Of a stretch of 64,000 bases of DNA, positions 1-14,030 are shown in pieces. Made by a program: the position numbers and the translations under genes. Under the pieces are notes generated by a model, which did not search any database, had not been told where the DNA came from, and worked only from the letters and a program-made list of their open reading frames with translations. The stretch is from Chrysomallon squamiferum (Eukaryota; Animalia; Mollusca), in NCBI GenBank assembly GCA_012295275.1, contig CM022676.1, positions 9,920,001 through 9,984,000 of the forward strand, written 5' to 3'. The stretch's first letter is position 1, and every line of letters starts with the position of its first letter.

Positions 1-207
1 TCAATTAAAGTCTTTCTAATAATAATTTTTTTTTTAATATAACCTACAGATTCCAGCCAGATGTTAGTTTAATGTTACAAAAAAAAAAAGATAAATAAAA
101 AAATAAACTTAAAAAACTGGCTTTTCAACAAATATATACTATAAATATTTCTATTTAAGACACTTTTTAAAGATTACTATTAGTAATCAAAAAAATAATA
201 ATAATGA

Positions 208-1048
208 ATAACTGAAAACAAACTACCAAAAAGAATGTCTTTAAATATCACATGATGATGTAATTAAATTACCAAGAAAATTGTCTTTTTAAGACCATAT
301 TATAGCTGGAACAGAATTTAAAATAGGGTAACTATTGAAAAAAAATGAATCACTGAAAACATGCTAACAAACAGAATGCCATTTCAACAAATATTTTAAA
401 TATCTCAGCTTGTAATTAAATTAAAAAGAAAAATGTCTTTTTAAGACCTTATTATAGCTGGAACAGAATTTAAAATATGGTAACTATTGAAACAAAATGA
501 ATAATTGAAAACATGCTAACAAACAGAATGCCATTTCAACAAATATTTTAAATATCTCAGCCTGTAATTAAATTAAAAAGAAAAATGTCTTTTTAAGACC
601 TTATTATAGCTGGAATAGAATTTAAAATATGATAACTATTGAAAAAAATAAATAATTGAAAACACTAACAAAAAGAATGCCATTTCAACAAATATTTTAA
701 ATCATTCAACTTGTAATTAAATTAACAAGAAAAATTTCTTTTTAAAACCATATTATAGCTAGAACAGAATTTAAAATATGATAACCATTGAAAAAAATGA
801 ATAACTGAAAACACTAATAAAAAGAATGCCATTTCAACAAATATTTTAAATCATTCAACTTGTAATTAAATTAACAAGAAAAAATTTCTTTTTAAAACCA
901 TATTATAGCTAGAACAGAATTTAAAATATGATAACCATTGAAAAAAATGAATAACTGAAAACATTAATAAAAAGAATGCCATTTCAACAAATATTTTAAA
1001 TATTTCAACTTGTAATTAAATTAACAAGAAAAAATGTCTTTTTAAGAC
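208..1048. repeat. Tandem repeat, ~150-bp unit, ~5.5 copies
   Basis: The anchor 'taattaaatt..aagaaaa..tcttttt..accatattatagctggaacagaatttaaaata' recurs at about 261, 413, 566, 714, 863 and 1013. Confidence 0.9.
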
Positions 1049-2307
1049 TGTCTGTTTATAATAAGAAAATAATGGTAAACTCTGAAAATAAATAGGTCTT
1101 TTTAAGACTAATTTATAAATATCTTTAAATGACTAAAATAATATGTAGTGGGACACAATACAGCTCACTTTGATATTACTGCTCTAGAATAATAATCCCT
1201 TCATTATTGTGTTTTGATCGTCAGGCAAAAATTTATTTTGATCATCTCTTGAAATAGCTGGTATATAGGGAGTGAAAACAGCATTAATGCAGTTTTGATA
1301 CGGTCAGTGACTTTGGACCTTTAGTAAATACACCAATCAAGAAATTATTACACTTAAAAAAATTAATCTCGTGAGGTGCGTGACTTGTTGAGGCTAGTAA
1401 TACATTTTAATAAATAAAAATGAGTGTGTTTGTGTGTGTGAATATAATATGAACTGAGGCAATGACCAAGTCCAGTTAATGAATTTTTAATGAAACATTT
1501 CAAGAAATTTGGCAACAGATAACAAAATAAATAAATCTGAAATTTCTTTTATCATATAAAACATACATGACAGTGCCTTTTCAAAAACTGCCTGAAAATA
1601 ATTCCGAATCCATGATAAAGACAGAACTATCCTGGAATGTAAGCATAAACAATATACTGTTTGTTTGCTTGTATTTTGTTTGTGGTTTTTTGGCAAAGCT
1701 AACTGCCAGAAATCTGGCAATCAATGGGAAACTATCATGATATAAAAAAAATAAAAATAAAAAGCAAAGAAATGCAAGAACAGAATAATAATAATAAAAT
1801 AACATTTTCCTGAATTGATAAAGGTTGAATTTTCGTAAAATGAAACATGTAATCACCAATAACCATAACAGTATTAAATTCAAAATGAAAAAATTTCTTT
1901 ACAAATCTTTTGAGACTAAACTTATTAACAGCAATATTAACAACTGTGTCAAAATCCAAACTAGGCACAAACTCATCTTTCATTAAATCTTAATTTTTAA
2001 TTATTAAAAAAGTTCAGCAAACATTGCATTCTATGTGAATATGCAGTAAGCTATCAGTTTTGATTGAAGTGAGTTATTAAATTGGGTTTAATTAATAATC
2101 AACATTAAAAACATCTTGATTCATGTCTAGATTCACTTTAGCCATAACAGAGTATAAATGAAACATTATCTTCTGGACTGCAACCCAATCTATAATCAAA
2201 CTATCTAACATTAAAAATATTTTAAAAGTAATATAAATTTTATTAAATTACAAAAATATTTTTATTAGCAATTCATGAACAATACACCTCTAGTACCAGA
2301 CAGAATA

Positions 2308-3887
2308 TTACCATATTTCTGTAACTGTTTCAGTGATTTCCTCATCCCCAAAATGGCCGTGTGTGCGATATTTTCTAACCGTTTCCCTTCGTATTTCTTT
2401 AGGCTTGCCTAAACTGGAAAAATCAACATAACTGGAAACATTGCATCCTGATGAATCTGTTATATGAGAACTCGACATTGTGGTATTATTGTTTACATTA
2501 TCAGCGCCGATGTCGTTCTCATTATCAACAGATACGGTTATCTTCCCTTGTGAATTCACCCTCGTCTTTCTCTGCTCAGACACGGTGTGGACTGACGACG
2601 AAACTGTTGCCACTGGATACAAATCAGAATCGTCTTGTTCGAAACAGATCTGAGAAAGTACTTCTTTTGTTTTAGATATCTTTGTCAGTGTCTCGCATTC
2701 TTCTGTTTCGATGTTCCGTTTTGTTGCTCGTGTTTCTTCTTGTCAACATACATTCATTAATTATTTCATTCTTCGTTCCCTCCTCCATGTTCATCTGTTT
2801 TAGTCTGTCCTTCCATCCTCTACCAGATGGCCTGCCCTCTTTAATCAAGGCATTCTGCACTTTATTCTGGCTTCCGTCATCATCAGGATTGTTGGATTTT
2901 GTACTTGCATTCCCACGATTCTTCTTTCTAGTTGAATTCCTTTTTTTATTTTTCGTTTTAAATTCAATACCACTTTTGGAATGCCTGCAAATAATCTCTT
3001 TTGCTGTTTGCCTTCCGTTAATTTTTTATCTTTCTTATTGGATTTGGTTTTTGACTGCTTGGGCAAGTGATTGTTTGCTATCTGAACAGATGATGTGTGA
3101 ATTTTTGTGTGTTCTTCAAGTTCATTTGCATCAACCGAAAGAGAGCAAACCAGGCACCGCATTCGTTTTGTCTTCGCTTTAGATTTTGCTCTCTTGCCGG
3201 TCGTTTTTGCTTCACGTTTTCGCGACTTTGCAACAGCTCTGTTATCATCATCATCACCAGAATTGTTTTTATTTCCTCCTTTCAGTCGTCCCAAGCCCAG
3301 TCTAGTGTTTTTGAAAATGCACAGTCTTTCCAAACTTACTCCCCTCTTGGAAAGCTTTTCAACATCCAGCTTTTCCAGCATGACTGATACCGGCTGTAGT
3401 GACATCTGCGACTGACTGGTTTTCTTGCTGGAGTACTTGCTATCAGAGTGTTTGCCAGAATTATCACTCTCTAGAGCTCTTTTACTGCCTGTCTTCACCA
3501 AATCTAAATTCTCAATAACCTCATTGGAGCTGCTGTCGCTGTTTATCTCATACTGTGCATCGTCCTTTTCTATCCCATTAATCTTGACATTGCTATCATC
3601 TTCTTTAGATTTTTCTTTTTTGTTCTCCTTATATTTAACCTCTTTACTGGTAGTAACTGAATTCAAGCTCATAGTAGTGGTTAATGCATTTTCATTGGCA
3701 CTCTCAGCTTTCTTTTGTGCTGCTTTATTTGTGATTTCCTTGGAAGTGTTATTATTTGGCTTGTCCTCGTCAGTATCTGTGTCATAATTCAGTGAATCTT
3801 GCATCTGCATTACAATGACTGGACTCTCACACTCGTGGGAAGCGTTCTCATATACTAGCACTGTTTCTAGATTGTCACTGCCAGATG
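2308..3887 (-). CDS. Last coding exon (exon 3) of a ~570-aa Lys/Ser/Asn/acidic low-complexity protein with a single C2H2-type zinc finger; two apparent frameshifts
   Basis: Acceptor ttgttcag|CA at 3887 is in frame with the 338-aa ORF. CLVCSLSVDANELEEHTKIH lies at 3156-3097 among K/R clusters. Reading continues in other frames (2860-2672, then ...EECETLTKISKTKEVLSQICFEQDDSDLYPVAT... to TAA at 2308). Shifts fall at ~3030-2850 and ~2745-2675. Confidence 0.75.
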
Positions 3888-4339
3888 CTGAACAACAACA
3901 AAAAACAAAATATCAATAAAATAACAAATGTTTTTAGCAGACATGTAAATGAACTCCGTAACAAGTGTTATAGACTTTCTCTGTATTAATGTGCATTTTT
4001 TTTTTAAAAACAAAGATGTATACTTTTGTCTTATGTGGGTGTGTAGAGGTGGATGTGTGTGACCATTTTTTAACTCTAGAATAAGAAATATTAATTATCT
4101 ACAATTACAATAAAAATTAACAATGGGATGTTTCAGCTGTTTTACAACTGGTTTGGTGTTTGCTAGCCTGTCAGTAATTACAATCATACATGCACAGATA
4201 ACTGACAACTTATTAACTGCTAATTTTGAAATATTTGATTTCTTTTCATCAACACAATACTATAACTGAGATTTTGTTGGAATGAGAAACTATGGAAACT
4301 ATATGGAAAATTTAAGAATGTAGACATAATTTTTATTAC

Positions 4340-4442
4340 CATTCACATCTATATCAGTGTCTTGGTCATTTGCTATGTTATCAATAATTAAACAGGAATT
4401 TTCCATCTTCACAGCTTCACTTTTTGTTGAATCTGAATTGAT
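4340..4442 (-). CDS. Exon 2 of the zinc-finger protein gene
   Basis: tttcacag|ATC...AATG|gtaata, 103 nt, open reading INSDSTKSEAVKMENSCLIIDNIANDQDTDIDVN. Its phase-1 end joins exon 3 in frame (G+CA=Ala, SGSDNLETVLVYEN). Confidence 0.75.
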
Positions 4443-6156
4443 CTGTGAAAAATATAAAATTTAAAAAAAAACCATTTAGCAAAAAAATGAATTTACCTCA
4501 ACTTAATGATGCTACAACTAATAACAAACTATTTTACTTAAACTGGTTTATTGAAAACTGAGCTTCTAAATACAAAACTGAACTACTGTTTGTTTTAAAT
4601 TAACAGTTTATAAAACATTCTTAAAAGTCAGTTTTGGTAATTAAGTATACTACTAGCTGTCTTTCATCAAATAATAATAATAATAATTGTAATGATTGTT
4701 TGTCATAATTGATTTAAATTTTAAGTTACAATATACCAATTCTCCATTTTACTCAGTTAATCATAATGGATTAAAAAAATCAAAAATAAAAGTAATAAAA
4801 TGCTGTATTAAATGAAACTGTTAATCAAATATATAGGTGTGTGTCTGCCAAAAAATGTATAAATGTATTGCTCAGTTTAAAAAATCCTTCAAATTAGCAT
4901 TCAGTCTGTTGATAACAATCTACATTTATTTCTACTTTTGCATGGCAATGGACAATTCAGCAAAACAACCAACACAAATTTTTTAAATTATTAAATTTTC
5001 TAATGTTAATATTCATATTAGGACCACAATAAGTCTCACAATGCTTTAAATAAAATAAAAAAACCTAACAGTGACATAACACTGTTCATGAACTACTGCT
5101 TGTTTTTTTATACTGAAAATTGTATCCATTAAAACTGTGTAAAGTGGGAAATTGCTCAACAGATTAACACCTAAAGACAACACAATTAAATCCAATGGAA
5201 ACCAAATAAAACTAAGCAGTGAGTTACAACTTGAGCTACAATAAGTAACAATTAATACTATTGATCTTCATCTTCTGTGGGGGGGGGTTTCAGAACCAGT
5301 TTTCAAATAATTTTGAAGGCTGGTGCCATATGAATTGGAATTGTGTACCGATCACAGATAGAGAGATATATAGATAGATCAATAGATAGATAGATATGCT
5401 CTCTCTCAATTTCCAAGCAGGTGCTACAATCCATTTTGATATTCACTGACTTAATTTGTTTGATAAATATCAATTTATTTATTATAAATCATGACATATA
5501 ATATTGAAGTCTAAAAGAAGCAAAATAAAAACTTTAAAATAGTGAAGGAGAATAAACAAATTTCCTTAATGATTTTATTAAAGTACACATTTTTTTTTTT
5601 TTTTTTATAATTAAGTAGTATTATACATATAAAAGGAAGGTTAATGCATAATTTTGACAAATTATAAACAATTTTTTTTTTCTTAAATTTAAAACAATAT
5701 TAATTCCATAATAAAATACAAAAATATTAATTATATATATATATGAAGAACAAATGTTTTGTCTGTTTTACCATTCTAGTGTATCCATAATTGATTACTG
5801 AACTTAAGATATTATAAAAAATTCAAACTGAAATTGTAATTTAAATTTACAATCGTTTCCTGATTTACTAAAGTAAATATAAACGATCCTTTTTAATACT
5901 GTTCTTGTTCTAAAACGTTTAGCTTTAAATATTGCGAATAAATCCCGAGTTCCCTTCCTTCACAGGTAACTGGTTTTTAATACACGATATTTATATAATT
6001 ACTATTAGATTATTACAAAAATTATTAAATTTTTCCAGCATTTAGCCAAAATTAAAACAATCTTTTTGTTAATTTTTTCTTTTGTTCGAATTAGTTACTC
6101 TGATTTTGCCTAAATTATTTTTTTGTGGTGATACATAATACAACAATCATGCTTAC

Positions 6157-6180
6157 GATCACTTCTGCTGCAGTCTCCAT
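6157..6180 (-). CDS. Exon 1 coding part (METAAEVI) of the zinc-finger protein gene
   Basis: aagATGG start context, 24 nt, then a gtaagc donor. Phase 0 matches exon 2, and the sequence just upstream is locally CpG-rich. Confidence 0.7.
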
Positions 6181-7179
6181 CTTTCGGTAGCGTTTCACTG
6201 TTGACTTCGGTTTCATTTTGCTACGCTTTATTAATGCAAAGGGTACTAGTGTAATTTGTCTACTTGTCTCTCTTTCCGTGTTAATCTCTATTTCGTTGAT
6301 AACGATTAACGTTAATCAGAGTACACTGTCAGATTATTAAATATAATATTAAATAGTTTAGTAAATGGTGCATACTTATGGAGCCAGTGTTGCATCCATT
6401 TGATGATTTGGCGCATGCCTATGTTGTTGACGTAAAGGGGTTATTATTATTTTTTTTTTTTTTTGTAAAGAAAATCTTTTTAATCACAAGACGCATAGTC
6501 GTATTTTAGCTCTTTGGGTCTGCATGTGAATGTTTTAAGGTTTTTTTGGCATTGTACACATATTTCATTGGACCCAGTTCAATTGGAAAATAATGAATAA
6601 CATTATACCGCTCTCCTGTAATTATTTTCTGCCTCAAATCGCTAAGAGCTATGAGTGAGGCGTCTTCTCTAAAATATAATTACAAACAATTTAATAAGCA
6701 CGTATGTTAATACAGATATCCATTCTATAATATCTCTGACCTGTTAAAATATTGTCTGTTTGTATGTATTGAAATTCATGCATTCATTCATTCATTCATT
6801 TATTTATTTATTTATTTATTTTTATTTGTTTGGTAATTTGTTTATATTGAAGTATTTCAACACACTTTCGAAATTCGTAGAAGCTTCAATGTTTCTCTTA
6901 TTTCATATATAATAGAAAGTTGAATAATAATAATAATAAGTTGAAGATTGCTATCTTTACCCGGGTCACTAAAGATACACTGTTATTCAAAGAAGCAAGT
7001 AATGTACACCACAACAAAGAACAACATTTCATCTGGGGTTTTTTATTCTGTATTTTAAGAATCATGCCCTATCAGCGTTGGTTTTAGAAATTACGTGAGG
7101 CGAGCGCGTTTTAAATAGCTTCACCTATTCTTAATGTATAATAAGAAAAAAAAAAAAAATACAATCAAGCTCCAAATGT

Positions 7180-7226
<47 letters not shown>

Positions 7227-7322
7227 AAAAATATATATTTGTGATCGGTGTGTTACGGGTTTTAGTCTGTTTTTGGCCTACATTTCAATTTAAACTGTTA
7301 AATAATTGCAAATTTTTCATAA

Positions 7323-7632
7323 AATAATAATAAAAATCAAGCTGACGAAAATGAATAGAAAAAGCTTTTTTTTATGAGGACCTGATACATTGACAAATGT
7401 TGAAAGAATACTTTGGTAAAGGGAACAAAAGTTATAATTCATAATGTTCCCTTCGCCAGAGTATTCTGACAGAACAACATGCTTATAAAACTAAATATAT
7501 TTCAAAGGAATTATGAAATTCATGAGAATTATCAAATTTGATCTAAACATCTGATAACTTTCAACATGTATTATGTCCTCATTAAAAGCTTTTTCTATTC
7601 ATTTCCGTCAGCTTGCTTTTTATTATTATATT
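7323..7632. mobile_element. MITE-like foldback with nested hairpin
   Basis: Outer arms 'caagctgacgaaaatgaatagaaaaagctttt..atgaggac' and 'gtcctcattaaaagctttttctattcatttccgtcagcttg' are reverse complements. Inner stem 7407-7427 pairs with 7445-7465. Confidence 0.6.
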
Positions 7633-7947
7633 ATGGCTTTCGTTTTGTAAAAAGATATTTAACATAAGTAAAAATGACAGTTACTCTTCGAAGAGGAAAT
7701 CTTAAGCGCTATTTCAATATCTATTTTTCAATCACCAAAATCCTGTAAAGACTGTGTCGCTTGATCGTATAATAATTACTACAAAAATGTGTAAATTTAA
7801 ACACGAAATAATTGCACGAGAGAGGAAACATGGTACCTGGTCTTTGATTAGTAGGAAGGAATCTTTTATATAATATTTCCCAAATTATAAGAAATGGAAA
7901 TAAATGAATACTGGAAAAGATCCCGTATGGTTATGACAACTGGTCAA

Positions 7948-8014
<67 letters not shown>

Positions 8015-8135
8015 GTTGTTGTTGTTGTTGATTTCTCTGTAAACAGTTATTACTCTATTCAGCATTTTTATCGGGATTTTTTTGTTTACAGTTTATTTAT
8101 TATTTTCTTTTTGGATTTAAAATGATCATCATAGT

Positions 8136-8176
<41 letters not shown>

Positions 8177-8490
8177 TGCATCTGTATTCAGTCATAGACT
8201 TGTAATAATCTAATCAATTTTGTTAAAAGGATGAGGTTCAAATAAAATAATAATTTGGAAATCTTCAAGTGCATTTACGCATTTGTATTATCAGCATAAG
8301 TACACTTCGAGAGAATCAAGAAAAACTTTCATTACTTCATTGAATTTTTTTTATTATTATTATTATTTTAATGTATCGTTAGTCATGAGATCATATACTT
8401 TAAATATGTTTTTAATTAACTAGGATGTATCATAACAGAATATTACAGTAAAAAAATAAATACCTGGGTACCCTCGTTAAGCTGCAGTCA

Positions 8491-9436
8491 TTACGTCATA
8501 GCGTCCAGAGCAGACGAGTTTGTTCTGGTTTCCCCCCCATCTTGGCAGAATAATAAAGTTACAAAGCCGCATTATAAGCGATGACGTCACGACTCCAGTT
8601 GTATTTAAGTAAAATATTAGATGTTTTGTAACAGTATTATTCCACTGTCATAATTTGTTAATGTATTATTTTTAGTCGCTCAAACTAAATAAAATAATTA
8701 CTTCATGTATAAAACGTTTGCGGTTTTTTTTGTTTTTTTGTTTTTTTCATAATCTGAAAATAAAATCAAAATATAATTATAATAAATAAAAAGTTGACGA
8801 TATTTGTTTATAAGAAAAAAATAAAGAAGAAACGAAAAGAAAAATCAAAATTATAATTAAAATATTTGAAAAGCGTGCGTTTTCTTATCACGTGTTTTTG
8901 CATGACGTCACGCCAATTGTTTGTTCGGTACTCACGTACTAAGCATGGCTCGTTTTGTCCACATGTTGCAGTACAGGCAAGCGTAACTATTATATTCCAT
9001 TAAAATTTAAATGCTTTTCTTCTTCTTCTTCCTTTTATTTCTTTTTCTTTTTTTTTTTTTTTTTTTATTTTTATTGTTCCGTATACAATACATATGATTA
9101 TCATATGTATTGTATGCGGAACCATAAAAAAAAAAAAAAAAAAAAAAATAGAAAAAGAAATGATATCACAGTTTTTATTAACTGGTTAATTACAAATATT
9201 ATTTTATCCAATGTTAGAAAGATGTCGCGCAGCAATGCATACTCAGTAGGATTGATACACCAAACCGATGACGTAAGTGAAAACGAGCAATGGTACACTA
9301 CCAGTTGAGGCTCGTAATAATAACAGACATCCCGAATATATATTATGCTAATTTAAATACAGTTGCTTTATGCCTTCTAGTTTTTGCTAATGATAAAGTG
9401 GACAACGGGAATAGTTCCCACAATTCAGTGACGTCT
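8491..9436. promoter_or_regulatory. Cluster of CRE/ATF (bZIP) motifs plus an E-box
   Basis: TTACGTCA 8491, TGACGTCA 8582 and 8903, TGACGTAA 9269, TGACGTCT 9429 and CACGTG 8889, in an otherwise CpG-poor background. Confidence 0.45.
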
Positions 9437-9575
9437 GTACAAATAAGCAGTTATATTTAAGTGTAGAAGTTCCTAAGATTAACAATTTAAACATTTTCCA
9501 TAAAATAAAATAAAATAAAATAAAATAAAATAAAATATAAATAAATAAATAATAATAAATATATAAATAAAATTA

Positions 9576-9613
<38 letters not shown>

Positions 9614-10599
9614 TAATTAATTAATTAAAATAAAAATTAAAGCTTTTATAACTTTTACTTCTAATCTTTGCTAATAATAAAGTATGACATTTTTGTTATT
9701 GTCTGCCAACGATAAACATAAATACTATTTCTATATTCTTACTACTACTAACGTATATCTTACGTTTCGTTTTATTTTATAATTTACATAAATAAATAAA
9801 TCATTAATCAGTCTATCATTCGAACACATCATTTGGACGATATCAAGAAGAAGAAATTTAAAAAAAAAAAGAAAAAAAAGAAAAAAGAAAAGAAGAAAAG
9901 AACATGGACGAAATATAATTTGTTTATTTGAACCAGCACAGGTTCGCTTTTATAACCTTCTGTTTGTACGTTGTATGTGTGTATATGTTGTATGTTTACA
10001 TAGTTTTTACGTATGTATGTATGGATATGTTTGGTGCTTTGTTTGTTTATATACGGAATTAGAACTCTGTAGTGTGTTGACCTAAAATTTAAAAGTCACA
10101 TGATCAACAGTCTAGTGTGCGCACGTTGGGCTTTTTCTTATTCCATCCTGTGCCCAGGGTTGTTTTTATGACAGGCTGTTATTGTACATCGTCTTTCTTA
10201 TCTGTGTAAAGGTCTATACAAATATTTTCCTGCTAATCGAGAAAATATTAGCGAATTGCAGGCGGTCAAGAATTTCATTTGTCATTGACATAAAGAAGAA
10301 AGCAGTATCGTTAAATAAACATTCATCTTCAAACATTCTTTGTTGAGGCAAAATTTAGCCTTCTCTGACAGTGATAAATATGCTACGGATCGAGCTTCTG
10401 CTTTTAAACTAATTAGTTTTGTTTATAATTATTTGGGTTTAGAAGAAAAAGAAAAAGAAAGAAACACAGTCATCCCTTTATAGTTCGCACGTTTCTTTAT
10501 CCTCGTATGTCAGAATGTGGTAAAAATAAAGCTGTTACAGATTTGTTGCATCGACGATAATCATTAACGACACAAATAAATCACCTTAAATCCATACTG

Positions 10600-10856
10600 A
10601 GTCCGCCTTTACATCCTAATTTGCTAGCGTGGTGACCCGGTGAGGCGGCCTCTTTGATCTTAGCGACCACCTGTCAAAATCATTTGATCAAACGAGACAA
10701 ACGTTTCCGCCCCTCGCGCATATCACGTGATTCGAAACGAGAGTGTCCCAGTCGTGCTATGGCGTCTGGTTGTTCACAACTTCGATCTTTTGTCAGAAAA
10801 AATATTCGTTGGGATATTTCATCTGAATAACAGTGCTCTTCACTTTTTGGATGCTG
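10600..10856 (+). promoter_or_regulatory. CpG-rich promoter and first exon, probably non-coding and probably of the LRR gene
   Basis: GC-box CCGCCCC 10707, palindromic ATCACGTGAT 10722-10731, strong donor CTG|gtaaga at 10857 and CRE TGACGTCA at 10898. The ATG at 10759 gives only a 23-aa ORF. Confidence 0.5.
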
Positions 10857-12266
10857 GTAAGAATGTTTAGTCTATTCTAGCATTTAGCAAGACTTTGTGA
10901 CGTCATCATTATTTTTTCCTTCTGTCTATTTTGACGGCAGATATGGGACATTTCAAGCCAACAGGTTGACGTCTATAAATACCTACTCGTGTAGCTTGGC
11001 GCGGAACGCTTTGACATGTATACATAACAGGCAAGCGCAAAATTCGCTAAATAAACAAACTATTAACATAGACATTCATCTGAACTAAGCTGTTTAAAGA
11101 ACATTTACGAACATACAAATTAAATTTTGAACTGCATTAAACGGTTTAAATAAACTGTGAAATATATTTAGAATTTCTCTGGGTTTTTTTTTTATTATCG
11201 TTATTTTTATTTTAACTTTCTGACCAAATTAAAGTTTACACAGTATCACTGATACAGTATTAATAATTTCTCTGTTTTTAATTTATTTTTTTATTTTTTT
11301 TTTTTTTTTTTTATTTAATTTTATTAGTAGTATTTTAAATTTACTAAAGGAGCATATAAGTAACATCAGTAAACATTTAAATGATGAGAAAATATTCAAC
11401 AAAAACAGATCGAATATATTTTTATTTTGTACTTATATGCTTTTAAACTTAAGTTTTGATGCATGTTATTATTTTTCTTTTTAAATTATATTTCTTGTTT
11501 CTTTCATTACTTTACTTGCTGTATTGTATATAAAAAATAAATAAATAAAATTCCATGTAAATACAAAACTATTTTAATTTAATAACTATTTCTGAATTCT
11601 TTAGCAGCTTAATTTTCATGCATACATAAACTAATGCAGGTAATAAAAACAGCTATTACAAAATTTAACTCACTTGATTCATAATTTATGGATTTTTTTT
11701 ATTTTTTCAAAAAGAAAAGAATGACAGAAATTAATCACTTAGGAAAAAAATAATGAATTAACAATGAATAATCAAAAGTAGAACCAGAGAATTCAAAGAA
11801 ATGAAATGAAAACAGAGAAAGGAGAAAGGAATTAAAGAAGGAATAAATAAAAACAGAAAAAATAGAAGAAAGAAAGAAAAGAAAAAAAAAAGGAATAATG
11901 CAAATGTAGAAAAAGCAAATAGAGAAATAGGAAATAAAGATTGGAAAGAAAGGAAAAAGAAAAAAGTCAAAATACAAAATAAAAACAGAAAGGAAAAAAG
12001 AAAAGATAAATAAATTAAGTAAATGAAGAAATAAATAAAGAAAAACGTAAAAGGAAAACAGGATAGAAGAAAGAAATGATCAAAAAAAAAAATCCTGTTA
12101 TTAACGAGTGTACCAAACTTACAAAAATTTGCCTTCAGTTTGTTGCCCTGGGTAACCATTATTAAGAGGAAATGAGGGTTACAAACCGGAGCTGACATCT
12201 TACAGAAATGTTTTATGTTTTTTCTTATGGAGTTTTTGTCATTTAAATTGCCTGTCATTATTTACA

Positions 12267-12791
12267 CAGTGGAACCTTGGGTTACGAACACCTCAAAGCA
12301 AGAACAAATCAGAGTACGAACCTTGATCTTGGGCAATTTTTGTCTTGGTTTATGAATAATGTCCCAAGTTACGAACTACAGCATCGCGCCACAACAAGCT
12401 TTCTTTTCGTTTCAGTTTTGACATCAACATCTTCTAAAGATAAGAATAGATGCATACATCAAAACTGAGGTCAAAATATGGATTATAGCAAATGCCCTAT
12501 AGCATATATATATATCATGAATTAGGGTCATTGGTCTTCAATATGCAGTTGCAGTTCAATAGCTTTTGCACTGAGATTGTGTATATATTTTTCATTATAC
12601 CTTGTCCAGTATGGTGCCCAAGTAAAACAAAAAATGAAAGTGATAATGCTGGTGGAAAGTATAAAAGTATCACAGTAGAGGTTAAGAAAGAAACAATTGC
12701 TAAACAGGAAAGTGGCATTTGTGTGTCTGACATCGCTTTGGTTTACGTACAATTCTGGAATGAATTAAGTTCGTAACCTGATGTTCCACTG
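12267..12791 (+). mobile_element. Internally deleted pogo/Tigger-like DNA transposon
   Basis: TIRs CAGTGGAACCTTGGGTTACGAAC / GTTCGTAACCTGATGTTCCACTG, with TA on the right flank and CA on the left. The internal remnant KYKSITVEVKKETIAKQESGICVSDIALVY resembles the CENP-B/HTH-psq N-terminus of Tigger transposases. Confidence 0.85.
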
Positions 12792-13008
12792 TATTTTCTT
12801 GCTGCTGTTTTATGACAAAAGCAAATAGATTAATTTGAAATTAATATGGCCAGGAGCAGAGGAATGAAAACAATACCAAAAACTTTATTTTAAAAATCCC
12901 CCAAAAAAACACAAACAAAAAAAATATCTTCTGGAGTCATTTTCCAAGGTATAATTATGTGAGTATTAACATTTGAAAAATGTAACTAGCTGAATTTAAA
13001 ACTAAGTT

Positions 13009-13044
<36 letters not shown>

Positions 13045-13911
13045 TGAAAATAAACCTAATAAAAAAAGAAGGATAAATAAGTAATAAAAACAGAACAATG
13101 AGTAATGTAATCTAATACAATATTATTATAAGTTGTTGGTTTTTTGGATGATAATTAATAATAATTAAAATTAAGATAGATGATAAAAATAATAATAACA
13201 ACACTATAAAGGAATAAAATAAAACCCTGTATTTTTTAAATAATAAGTAAGTAAATAAATAAATGAAATATATTTTAATTTTATATAAAAAATAATCCTA
13301 AATGGGTGAGCAAAATCTCATTTACAGAAAAAAAGATAAAATATTTGCAGAGTATTTTTACATTATTATATTCATAAAATAGGGCCTAAATGGTCTTATA
13401 TATTTCATTAATTCAACAAGACTTGTGTGTCCACCATTTTACTGATGTACACTATTTGTATGAAAATCAGATTAGGTATGCTCAAGTTACTAACAGCCAA
13501 AAAAATGTTAAAAGTATTAATCATTTCTTGGCATTTCACATTTAAATATCAGAATTCATTTGTTTTTAAAAAAAAAAAAAAAAATTCTTTTCTTTTCTAA
13601 TTTATAGAATATTTTGTTATGATCTTTTTCTTTTTCCTTTTGTGTACACCTATATCTGTATCTATCTATCTAACTGTATATATTATTACTATTATATTTA
13701 GAATTTTTTTTTTAAATTAAATTTATGAGTTTAGTGATGTTTTCAAGCATTAATTTCAAGGTTGGTCCTGACATCCTATAGCTGAAAATCATTGTATTTT
13801 GTATTCATTAAATTAAAATTCTGTTTTTCTAATTACTATCGTTATCAGATGCATACAAATTAGTAACTGAAAACCAAAAACTGTTGTTGAAGAATATAGA
13901 ATTTCTGTGTT

Positions 13912-14030
<119 letters not shown>

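Noticed and set aside
2965-2979. PxVxL (PKVVL) HP1-binding motif in the zinc-finger protein
   Set aside because: The alternative frame is open from ~3030, so the frameshift may lie upstream and the motif may not be translated.
2682-3787. Plus-strand hydrophobic ORFs
   Set aside because: Antisense shadows of the Lys/Glu/Asn-rich minus-strand CDS.
11735-12258. Phe/Leu-rich 166-aa and 80-aa ORFs
   Set aside because: Translation of an A-rich low-complexity tract.
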